Assembly (NCBI GenBank): GCA_038496445.1
Contig: JALMLS010000231.1
Coordinates: forward strand, 1-64,000
Length of the DNA stretch: 64,000 bases
Reading direction: 5' to 3'
Source: Trichosphaerium sp. ATCC 40318
Lineage: Eukaryota; Protista; Tubulinea
A program made the translations under genes and the position numbers. The notes under the pieces are model-generated. The model was not told where the DNA came from and did no database searches. It saw nothing but the letters and a program-made list of their open reading frames with translations. Each line of letters starts with the position of its first letter. The first letter of the stretch is position 1. Positions 38,001 through 50,209 of this stretch are shown here, piece after piece.

Positions 38001-40270
38001 GATTTAACAAAAACTGACCGTACATGACACCAGAGATAACTTGATCCACGAGAAATATTAGCCATTGATAAAATTTCAATACCAGTAACATATTTTACAC
38101 TATCTTTAGGCAAACTCTTGTTTGTCCCAGCAACAACTAAGAAGAAAGAGAAGATCAGACCCAAGTTTAAGTAATGAAAGAAAAAAAGGAATGTTGGTTC
38201 GTTTCTTGATATCGTACTGTTGATAATGAGTATCACACATATACCGTATATACCATATATAGATACTAGGAGTAGGCAATACTTGAGGAATTTTAAGTAA
38301 ACCCAAGCGTCTAAGCCATGAGAGTGAAAGATTTCGTCTTCGCTGTACATAATAATTCTTTTTAATAGTTTAAATGGATTGCCTGGTGGTGGTTGTGGTG
38401 CTGTTCCTCCCCTAGAAATGCGTCATCATTCGTTAAAATAGTATGCTTAATGAACCAATATCTATAATGTCAAAAAAGTACACGTACCTCCATGGATCCT
38501 CCTCAAAAGGCATGCAATTTGATTCATAGAATTTCTTGAACCTTCCAATTCTTCTACATACAAGAAATCCAACGAAAAAGACAAGGGCTATTAATACATT
38601 GATACCGAGTGTAGTAAGAACACCAGCTAGATCAGTTGTTGCTACATAAAGGATTTAATAAAGTAACAGTCAATAAGTATGAAGGAAGTTTTTCTTCAAA
38701 GAACTAAGTTAAAGACAACGTACTTTGTGTCAACTCCGGCTCAGAGTTTACTATTTGTATTCGCGAGTTACCAGCATCTACAACGACTGTATAATTACTG
38801 ACAGGGTCGTCAGCTAAACCCAAGGGACCACTGAATTCCTACAGCTGTTTGTCAATCGCTGAAAGAACTTTGTGACGTTTCAAAAAAAGTAATTTAATGA
38901 CTGATCACACGTGCAGATAATTCTTTTACGAAAAACCACGTACAGCTTTTCCTGAGCCTGCCTTTCTTCCGTATTGTGCGTAAAAATCACCTTTGGGAAG
39001 TAAGAAAATATGTATTGTTGTTGTAACGAAAAAACATACCAAATCTATCGAAAACCTTGACGGCACTGGCACCAAAATCTGTCACCCAAAAGTAATTGTT
39101 TCTTGAAGATGTTGTAACATATGTAGGGTCTTCAAACTCTTCACTTACAACAGACTGAAACGTAGCTAAAGAGAGAAATATAAGTGAGACTATGTTCAGA
39201 AGGAATAACAATCTTTTTAATACCTGCAGTACTGTTTACTTTCCATATCTTGACTAGCTTGTTTCCCCTATCTACAACGATCACTTGCCTAATAGAATAA
39301 GTCTAAATACAGAATGAGGTTACGCACTCAAAGTTTTCCATATAAGCAACACCAGTAGGGTCTCTTAGTTGGTCTTTAATTACGTTAAAAAAACTGCAAA
39401 ACCACTCAGTAGTACATACTCTTCTCGATTCCAAATGATCCAAATGTGTAAAGTACATTGAATGAAGTAGCGTTTAACGCTTGTATACGATGGTTACCAC
39501 TATCTGATACGAACAAAATACCATATTTTTTACTCACAGCAACACCCTACGCAAGAACAAAAAAATTAACAAAACAGGATCTTTTTTTCAAAAAAATCAC
39601 GTGTACTTTTGGAGATATGAACTGCCCAAGTGATGCACCCAATGAACCAACATGTGCTGTTAAATTCTCTAGGTAAACGTGTTAATACAATAAAGCACAT
39701 TCTGAGTAATTGTCGGTTTTTTCGCGTACCTCTAGCGTAAGCGATTTGAATTCTGTGGTTTTGAGTGTCAGAAACGAAAATGGTGTAGGTGACGTTATCA
39801 TATAGAGCAGCTATGCCTTGAGGAAACGCAAGGGAGCCTGTCCCATTGCCTGGTGTACCAAATTCGCGTATGTATGCGCCTGGGAGTAATTGTTAAGCGT
39901 TTTAAAGCTTTCCGAAAAAAACACGCTAAATTACGTTTACAACGTACCGTATAAATCTAGTACTTGTACTCTGTTGTTCAGAGTATCAGCTACAGCGATT
40001 CTAGAGCGTAAGACGTTACGAAAGTTTTGTGCGACACATGAAATACGTACCGGTTTGTAGTTACGTTCGTTGTACTGTCAAATACACTAAAATACGTGAC
40101 ATCATGCGGGAGGTTAAACTGTCCTTTTCCGTCCCCTCTGTTGCCAAAATGCCTGTCAAAATTATACGTCTGAGCGCCTTGAGCGTATTAGCGCATAGGG
40201 AATACCGAAAGAACATACTTATAAGTGAAATACAGAGAAAGGCACTAATCGCCAGTAATATGTATCTCAT
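35086..40270 (-). CDS. NHL-repeat beta-propeller fused to an OSCA/TMEM63/CSC1 mechanosensitive channel, multi-exon
   Basis: Signal peptide; NHL repeats (FPQGIA, VSDTQNHRIQ, VSDSGNHRIQ, FSGPLGLA, VDAGNSRIQ); in-frame intron 38642-38723 into TM0; CSC1 motifs HGLDAWVYLKFLK, LSMANI, TAFVTF, DIIWENL, LPKQASFFINYI, YNIIW. Confidence 0.85.
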
Positions 40271-40555
40271 AGTGCCGAAGTGCTTATCAGTACATTAAAG
40301 AACTCCGAATAAACCAGAATGCAATTCCCAGGTTTTTGCCTTGAAAATTCTTAATGAGTTTTTCTTTGTCCTCTCGATTTTCTTTGCAACTATTTTTTGG
40401 CTCTTGTAATATCTTTAGGGAGAAAGCAAATAGCATCAAATACGTACCTTCTCTTTTTGTTTTTTGTCCAAAGTTGATGTCACGTGACTCACTTCAAACT
40501 CGTCAAACTAGTTCATTTTTTTTTAATTTGTTTTTCGAAAAAAAACTAAGGCGAA

Positions 40556-41952
40556 ATGACCTACAGACACGTTGTTTTAATAGCAACGATACTGTACTTG
40601 GTGATTCATACTAAAGCTATCGGTTATTTTTTTGGAGAGAACGGTAAAGATGTTGAAGGGTGTGGTAGATCCTTTCTTGAACCGTGCAAGACTACAGAGT
40701 CGCTAAGAGATCAGTATTGGGACGGACGCCTCGTAAAAGTAGCAGCAAAGGTTAGAGGGTGTTATTGTACCCAATGTAGTGACGATAGAGTTAGGTAGTA
40801 CGGATAAACGAGCTATTGGAGCCAGAAGAACAGCTTCTTGTTGACAAGATAATCGAGCTACAAAAGGAGATTACAAGACGCGAAACGAAGCTTCGGAGCT
40901 TGGATAAAGAACACAAAGATTGTAGGTTTTGTTTGAGACACATGTGACCAAAGAATTATCTCACCGCTAGCTGTTTAGACTTAGAGCGACATGATGCTAC
41001 TCAAAAGCAACTTCAGGAGCAAAGAGAAAAACTAACGCGCGAAAATGCTGAACAGACAAAGAGTTTGGGTGACGAGGGTAAGAAGTACCTCAAAGAGCTT
41101 AAACAGCAAGGAGACGCGTATTTTAGGGAGAAAAAAGACCAAGCGGACGCATACTATGCTGTATGTAAATAATTAATCTTGTCCTTTGTGACGGTTCTAG
41201 GCACGTGCTAAAGAAGCAGATGGTTTAAACGCAAAAAGACGAGCTGAAGTTGAAGAATACGCTCAAACGCTGAAACAAAGAGCTGAATCGCTTAAAGAAG
41301 ATAGTAGAAAAGAGGTAGAAATATTAATGGCAGACGCAAGACGGGTATGAAAGGAGTAAGAGGTCTAAACATATTTTTCTTATTTCTTTTTAAATAGCAA
41401 GCCGATAAGTACAAAGATGATCGTATTGTGGAAGGTGACACTTACTACAAGACCAAAAAACGTGATGGAGATATCATATACCGTGATACAAAGAAGACTG
41501 CCGATGAGTATTCCACCAAGGTTAAAAGTGAAGCAGATGCTGTTGCCAAAAAGAACAAAGCTGCAGGTACTTTTTTTTTGTACTCAAAGAACCTATTCTT
41601 GTATCTTCCACAGCGTCTCTAACGCTTTGACTAAGCGGCTACTGTTCTGAACGACAGGAAGAAAGAGGCTGAGGCGTACTACAACGACATAAAGGCAAAA
41701 GCGGATGCGTACTCAAGGAAAGTATTCAAAGAGGCAGATGACTACTATGCTAGTAAATTAAAGGACGCAGATGGCTATTACAAGCGTATCACTATTAGTG
41801 CTAACGAGATTATTGAAGCTAAGATCTCTGTTTACAAATGGTCAATGCTCGCTGTAATAGCAATATCTGTTATCGCTATTATAATCGTCATTATGTATTC
41901 TATTGGCGCGCAAAGTCAGAACCTCGGAAACTTCCACAAAAAGGAGGAGTAA
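40556..41952 (+). CDS. Type I membrane protein with long coiled-coil stalk containing 11-residue A(D/E)xYY repeats, multi-exon
   Basis: Signal peptide; GKDVEGCGRSFLEPCKT motif; KDQADAYY, KKEAEAYY, KAKADAYS, FKEADDYY, LKDADGYY; TM WSMLAVIAISVIAIIIVIMY; short tail. Confidence 0.75.
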
Positions 41953-42203
41953 GTCTTTTTTTTTGTTTAAATCGCGTACATGTAGCAATAAACAATATTT
42001 TTTGAAGTCAGACGCGTATTACGAGGTTGGCGGGATAAATTGCACTGAATTCCATGCTGACTTAAAGCTCCATAGTTACATTCCACAATAAACAGTGGAA
42101 ATACACTAATTGCGCATTATAAAATACAAATAGGCGTATTTGACATCTTTTCGGAAGAATATTATTCAGAAGCGCTTAAAGTTGTAATCAGTGTATTATC
42201 GGT

Positions 42204-44130
42204 ATGAGTACTAGCGGCAGAGCAAAGACAGCAAAGGTTAAAGCAGAAAACGTTAAAATCAAAAAAGAAAAGGTATACGACGCCGGGGTAACTAAAAGGA
42301 GATCCACACTACGATCAGCATCACGTAAACGAGTAGAAATTGCTTATGAAGTAAAAAAGGAAGTAAAAGACGTCAAAAAACGTACGATATTCATCAATTA
42401 AACACCTTGAGGCTAACAAACGACTAAATAGTGAAAAAAAACTTTCAAAAAGTTTGGGATGGTATAGCGCAGATGAGAAGTGAGATTGAAGCCCCAGTTG
42501 TACGTAGTAATGATAAAAACTTCTGAAAACCGCGACAAGGGTTATTAATGGTTTCCAAAAATCATAATAACGAAAATGATGAAAAAACTTTGCGCGCTTT
42601 CTCGTTTTATTCTTTCTTTTGTTGGCGATACTCTGTGAGGGTTACTTTCACTTTTTTTTTGCTGTCTTATCTTTACACGTATACTCGGACCTTCCATGCG
42701 GTTATCACGTTACTTTGAGTAATTACAGGCGTTGCTTGTTTTTGTTTTACCTTAAACTCCAACCAACGGTTCTTTTAGGATTCTATGGGTTGCGCTATGT
42801 GGGGTAACGATAAAAATATTGCTCCAAAGACAAATAGATATCATGTACTCATATCATTAATGTTATCTTCACAGACTAAAGATGAAGTCACTTTTGCTAC
42901 AATGAGAAAGGTAAGCACAAAACAAAATCATTTGGTTTATTTTTTTGTAACAATTTCCATACAGCTTTGTTCTTTGTTTACTTCGTTTGTTGATTCATCT
43001 TTTTGTTAGCTACTTGATCATGGATTGACACCAGAAAATATTGTAAATACATCAGATGAAGACCTAGACGCTCTTATTTATTCAGCCGGATTTCATCGCA
43101 AAAAAGTGCAGTACATCAAGGTAAAAACCAAACTCCTAAAAAATTATACTTTTCCAAACTAAAACAGTTGAACTCCGAGATTCTGGGCCCTTATCCTATC
43201 GTGTACCACTAAATTATCTTTAAAGTGAGTTTGGGTGTACTAGTTCCAGATAAAGGATCTTTATTTGTCTGTAGGATTTGATGTCTTTGAGGTTTCTTGT
43301 TATTTTAGCCTGCTCCTTTGATTTTTTTTCGCTTTTTTCTCACTTAACTTTAGAAGACAAGCCAAACTCTTATTGATGAGTATGACAGCGATATACCTAG
43401 CACACTTACAGGCCTTGTTGCTTTAAATGGCGTTGGTCCTAAGATGGCTCACTTAACACTTCTGTTTGCATGGAATAAGTATGTTAAAAAAAAAACTATT
43501 AAAAAACACAAGTTTTTGGTTTAACACTGCCATAGAGCGTTGGGTATTGGTGTTGATGTTCATGTACACAGAATATCTAATAGGCTTGGTTGGGTAGATA
43601 ACACAAAAAATCCTGAACAAACACGGAAAGCACTTGAAGAGTGGTTACCAAAGGTGCATAAGAAAACAAACATTTTTCTTTTTCTTTTGATTTTTGTGAT
43701 TCTTGGAAAGCAACATCGCCTTAAGTGATTTCTATGATACTTAATATTCTTGCGCTTATATGTCATCAAAAAAACAAGAAAACCAAAACGCAGGAGATGG
43801 CCGTTTTTACTTTTTTTCAAAAACTTTGACCAAAAATGTGTTACTAGTTTTTTTCACTTTGTCTCACTTGCCTTCACTTGTCGATATCCATCTACCGATA
43901 TTGATATATGGACCTCTCTTTGTATAAACAATAACACGTGCTGATATTTATTTCAGAAATTTTGGGGCAAGAATGGGATAAATGGACTTTTGGTTGGTTT
44001 TGGACAAACAGTATGTAAACCTAGAAGACCTCTTTGTGAAGATTGTATAGTAAGTAGTATGTGTCCTTCTGCATTTAAAGAAGAAGAAAAAACAAAGAAA
44101 AAGAAGCCAAAGAAACGTAAAACAAAGTAA
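42204..44130 (+). CDS. NTH1: Endonuclease III homolog (HhH-GPD DNA glycosylase/AP lyase with [4Fe-4S] motif), multi-exon
   Basis: [70 protein letters not shown]. Confidence 0.95.
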
Positions 44131-44506
44131 ATAAAAAAAAAAATCATTTCAAAAAAAAGTTTTACTGAACTGTCACTGCTACTAAGACCAAGATAACTGG
44201 AAGCAAAAAATGACGTAAATATTGGTATATTGTTAGCTGGCAACTGAAAGAATCTTCATCCTGCAGGCAATCGAAGAAAATCCGTACCATTGATTTTCCT
44301 GTCTCGCCTTTTTTTAGTTTGCTTTACAGTTTATTGTTTTGCCTTATTGGTGCAGCCAAACATTCCCTTCGCTATTAAGCTTAGCAGCGGGCATAATTAG
44401 GAGGAATTCTACAATACCAAGTACTCTAGTGCAAAACGAACTTTTAAGTGAATCCGGACAGTTGTTTATCGTTAAATTATACTCATATTTATTTGTTACC
44501 CTTTTC

Positions 44507-47500
44507 TTACAAGCTGTACTCAGCGTCTTTGTTTGCCTTTTTCTCTTTTCTATTTTTCTTGGCTTCATTTGCGTTTGTAATATCTTCATAGTGTGTTGTT
44601 GTAGTTTGCTTATTTTCTGGAATGTTCTTGTAGTCCAACTGTTCGTTTTCTTTATTAAGCATTTTATACCTATCTTCTTTTTCAGTTTCTGAACCATCTA
44701 CATTAATTGGTGTGTAGATATCTACTTCACTTGAGATTTCACTATCATCAACTTTAAGTCCAAACTGGATCATAACTTCAGTTGCTGTTGGTCTAGCATT
44801 AGGATCTAGAACGAAAATTAATGGATTTTCATATTTTTTTGGTGGATGTTTTTGTTTCGGATTTCTTCTGGAGTTGCGAAGTCAAGGATATGTATTAAAA
44901 ACAATTTAGTGTATTGAAGGAAATTCATTGGTTTCTATCAATAGAATGCCATAATCATAAAAATTAAACTTGAGCTAAAACAAGGAGCTTGTTTTTTTTT
45001 GTTTACCTTTCGCCCAGCAGGTTGTTAGCAAGCTTATCCATTTTTCTGGACAATCAAGAGAAAGAGCAGGTGCATATCCTGTTTCTCTAATCTTAATAGC
45101 TAACCCAGCCAAATCAGAAGCATGGTCTTGATGAGGTGTTTGTCTATACAGCAACTCATGAAGAACAATTCCGTAACTCCTAAAAAAGGGAAAACATCAG
45201 TTTTTGCACTTATTACGTTAAAGGTGAAGAAGGGCTATGTCTATATTATGATCAATAAAACGCACCACATGTCGCTTGCATATGAGTACTTCTTTGTAAA
45301 ATTTTCAGGGGCCATAAATTGAACAGGACCAGCTGTTTCTAGGCTGATATTCTCTGGCTGAAATCCAAAATCTGTAAAATGCCATTTAGGGTACGTCCTC
45401 ACAAACAACACAAGGTTCAATAAAACGTATGTACTTACCAGCAATCTTGGGGATACCGTTTTCTAATAGAATATTTCTACAAGCCAAATCCCTACGCAAA
45501 GAGTCAAATAGATTAGTTTTTCTTTCAAAAAAAACAAGGAACAGCGGGGAACTTTGTTGGTGAGAGCACATTGCAAGTTTGAGGGTTTTTAAATTATTGC
45601 CACTTTTGGTAATAGTGGCTTCGTACTTGTGCACAATTTTTGATTTATGTATATGCGCTACTCCTGTTATAATGTGCCTTGCAAAAAATTTGAGCTCTTT
45701 TGGTAGGAATGGGTTTTCTTTTGATTTGTAGTGTTGTTCTAGAGTATTGCCGGATACTAATTCCATAACTAACTTGGGATGTCCCTTATCGAGCGATAAT
45801 CCTATCAACGAAATAACATTCGGGTGGGAAGGTATAGAGCTAGCAACATGTTACCACAAATAAAAACTGCAAAAAAAAAAAAAAGGGAGTGAAACGTTTT
45901 TGTCTTTTGGTTTTCTTACTTCATGACTTCTGCTTCTGCTATTAAAGCGGCTGCAACATCACTTGATCGTACATTAGGTACTTTTATAGCTACAGCTCTA
46001 CCATTGCAAACTCCCTTGTGTACAGTGCAAGCACTTCCGTAGCCTAAACAAAACAAAGTTAACTTTGACTTTATAGTCGTTTAACAACTTGTTCTATAGC
46101 AGTACCTATAAGTTCACCAACTGTTATTTGGGTGTGCTTGAAGTATAATAATTCATCATTTCTTGGAGTTACTATAGCACCAGTATTTGGAGAAATTTCA
46201 TTGTCTCTTTTTCTTACAAAAAAGACGACAACAATAATCGCAACAATAATGATCAATAAGATACACAAACCAACGACACCCAAAGTAATATATAAGGTAC
46301 TGCTTGAGCTTGGTTCGTTATCGATAACAGATTGATCAACTGTACCAGAATCTGTTGGTGCAACAGTTGGCGGTACAATGAAAGGAAGTACAATTATAGT
46401 ACTTTCAAAGCTGAAAGGTTCTGTTGGACCGCCATCAAAACCGCTGTGCTTCAAAGTAAATGATATACTTACATCAACAAGTTGTTGATTGGTTTGTCTT
46501 TTTACTTGTGAAGAAGCATTAAGAACGAATTTATTCTCTTCAAAAGGGATCTTTAAACACAAAGAATCTAGATTCAAAAGTTAATCAGGTTGTGTTTTTT
46601 TTCTCATCGATGGATGTATTACGCGCCTACAACGCAAGTTTCGCTTTCTTCAATTACTACAGGTTTCCCATTTGAAATAGAAGTGATGTTGGTCACTTCA
46701 AAATCAGATATGGATGAATCAGAGGTAGTGTTTACACCTAATTGTAGTGAGGGAAAAAAGTTTTGTCACGTGTTTGGGTTTGATGTCATTTTCTTACTTA
46801 TTATTATGTATACGTCATCTCCTACTACAACATCTTTGATACTAGTAGCATTTGAAGATATCACAGGGTCAGAGACTTCAGGAAAGTCCTCTAAGAAATC
46901 AAAATCAAGTTGAGCAATAAATGCTGCTTTGGTGCTTGAGGCTTCAAACTGTTGTGATCCTATAGTGGCAACGCCATTGAAAGTTCCTGCAATAATAGCA
47001 ACCTCACGTGATATTGTTACTACATCTCTGATATTTAAAGTACTCAATCCTCCTGCGAAGCAAGTATTAGTTGTTTATGTGCAACAAGAAATAAAATATG
47101 GTTTTAAAAAAAAGAACACTCTTTGGTTTCACCTGAATAGTGGAGTGTTTCACTATTTTGAAGTTTAAATAATTATGAACACCATGTGCAAAGTGACGTC
47201 GATTGTATGAACAATCAGTACAAAAAGTCATTTCCGTGGAAGAGGAAAGTGGAGTGGAACGGAGAGTTTTTTTTATGAAGTAATACTAACCTGCTCCCAT
47301 AGCGATACTAATCTGACCGCCTAATGCTATACGCATTAGAAACCCAGATCTCTGACTTCCTATTGTAGGTATAGTAACTTGACTAGAAAACTCTTTTTCT
47401 TCGGCTCCAATACTTCCTACAAGCCATAGTTCACTAGTTGAAGCAGTATCTATGGCATAAAAATCCTAATAAACTTACTAAGCACGTGACATACTTAAAG

Positions 47501-49506
47501 ACAGTATAGCGCTTAAACGTCAAATACATTAACTTGAAAAGACATTACTATTGCTGTCGGTAGTCAAGAGTACAAAAAACAACGTGGATTTCAACAAATA
47601 GAACAACTCCGACAAAGATTTTTCTTATTCTTTTCGTCGTATAACAAAAAACACGTACGTAAGTTCTAGGAGAGGGACTATTAATCTTCCTCCTAACATC
47701 AAGAGTATCCGCTACAAACCACATTGCACTTATATCACTCACAGGTGTTTGAACAGGCACAAGACGGTTAACAGGTCCTTCATATATTGTTGTGATAAAC
47801 GCAGTGTCATTTCCAACCTGTTTGACATCACCTTAACTACAATCAAAAAACACAAAACCCAAATAAAAAAGCAAGTCAAAACGCTTAACCAACTTGCAGG
47901 AGAAGAAAGAAAAACGCCAACGTACGAAGTACACCAGATAATTTTGTTTCGATATTCCCAGTGTTAAATCCTATACTTGGAAATGCAATTCTTCCATTTA
48001 CTTGTACAGTAATTCCTTTTGAAATAGAGTGATACCCAATAAATGGTTTTACACCTAACGCAGGTCTTGTCCCATCAGGGTCAGGAAAATCATCATGAGG
48101 AGTCAAAAAGGTTCCACCTTCAGTAGTGGATGGGTGTGCCATACAACCAGAAGTCTCGAATTCTCCACCCAATACTAACTTATCGCCAGCCATTTCAATG
48201 CTCTTTAAGGATATACCATACTCAAGTCTATCTCCTTGGGTTTGATTATCAACAGCATAGTATATATGCATGAATGCTAATTGAGGTGTAGCTGCATTGT
48301 TTGTGAGCCTAAAAAATACGCCCATTCTACTGGATACAACTGAAGTTAAGAAAAAATGTCAGTTACAAAGTATTGTCATAAAAACTAGTTGGTGTTTAAG
48401 CCACTCAATACGCACTGCTTGGACTACAACATTGACTACCGCCTCTCGTTACAGTTGCACAAGAAGATCTATTCTTTCCAGAAGAGCGTTCCTTAGTTAT
48501 ACTAACAGAGCCAGGACCAGAGGATAGTGTAAAAGAGTCAACCCTTCAGAGAAATTTTAGTACATGTTATGTAAAACAAACAAGTACGGTTTTGTTTCTC
48601 CAGCGAAAACTAGATCTGAAGTAGCCGGATCTACTTTAACGTCATGTACTAACGTCTTCTCAAATGTGGCATGCTATAGGAAGGTTATCAGCAATGTTTG
48701 TAGTCAACAACGAAGGAAAAACAGACAAGAACTTACAGTTGATAAGGTGTTAGAGTTGACATTATATTTCAACAACAGGGTAGTGGTTTGGTTGTCTTGA
48801 TGTTGTACTGCTATTTCTACATCAGATTGTCCCTGTACCTTTGCGTAGCACGCATCAGAGGCTAGCCAAGTAACGTCAGAATTATTTCGGAAAATTTTTT
48901 CGTTTGTCGTACTCGGTTCAACTTGAAATAGTACAAAAATGTCATTAGACACGTCGGTCATTCTTCCAAGACGTGCAAATGTCTTTGAAACATTTTGAGT
49001 GTTGGAAACGTTACAATAGGCGACGATAATCGCTTTTAGAGCACCAACACTGTCTAACACAACAAGAACAGACCCACTAGCGTTTACCTACAAAAAAAAA
49101 CCGCTTAAACTCTGAATTGCGATTTTGGTTTTTATCGTACTGGTAGGGTTATCTCTGTTCCGTAAATGTCGAGCGATGACTCTTGTTCAAATACTTGCTT
49201 TTCGGCCTGCACTTTACAAACAACTCGTTAGATGGACCATTTACGCGCTTTCAACACGTATTAAATACGTACGAACAATGTACACATCTTCAGTTTCTGA
49301 TTTTATGGAGCTAGCGACTTCATACTCAACATTAGCGCCATCCAACGTTAAACCCCATGAAGTTTGTACTGGAGGGTTAACTGTGTAGAATTGCGATTTA
49401 GTTCATCACTTCGCGTTTATTTTAACACTAGCGTACCTACACGCGATAGCGTTTGTCCTGATACGAGCGCTAGTAGTACACCTAGTATACAAACCAGTTT
49501 TAGCAT
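44507..49506 (-). CDS. Receptor-type tyrosine kinase(-like): signal peptide, large beta-rich ectodomain, single TM, kinase, Tyr-rich tail; multi-exon
   Basis: MLKLVCILGVLLALVSG; TM ITLGVVGLCILLIIIVAIIVVVFFV-RKR; VAIK, HPNV, IVH|RDLACRNILL, DFG, PVQFMAPE, SDMWSYG, CW...RP. Confidence 0.88.
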
Positions 49507-50209
49507 GAGAAGCTGTGTTTTTGAAAGAGCGAAGTACGTATTTCCTAATTTGGAATATCGTTTTATCTATTTTTCGTTGTACAATAACAACACCTTTGAA
49601 GCCATTTAAAGGAATACCACGTGTCATTTTAGTCCACTTTGATGTAACAAACGACGTCTTGTGAACTAGCTGGCATTCATATGTGTTTAAACAGCTGTAA
49701 AAAACTCACGGAAGTTTATCTTTTAGGCTGTTCAAACATCACTGGCTCATGCAAGAACAATCTTCCAGTTGCTTATATTGTCATTAGCAAAAATGGTTTG
49801 CTGTCTATGCTTTGAAAGACCAAACTATAAATCCAATATGAATAGTATTGTTTGTATTGCGAAAATAAACAGTTACATTCAGCAAGTTGTTTTTTTGCCT
49901 TGGTTTTTAACAAGTCGAAGGCCTCGACAGTAATCATTCGTTTTGCAATAATAGAATATAGGTGGTAAAACTTAATCAACACTGTACCCTCCTATGTGTG
50001 GTGATGTCAGTTTCTAGTGCGTCCAAAAGGCAAAGTGGAAAAAGTTCTATGGATCTATCAACAAACGCTTAGTCTTTACTGTATTACATTGTACAACAAT
50101 GTATTTGTCAAAGTCTTTGTCAATCGTTTTTTGAAAACACAGAGGACTTGTAATGTATGCTGTTTACATACGGTCAGTATCGTTGGGTATGTGCATCCTT
50201 CTTTACTTT

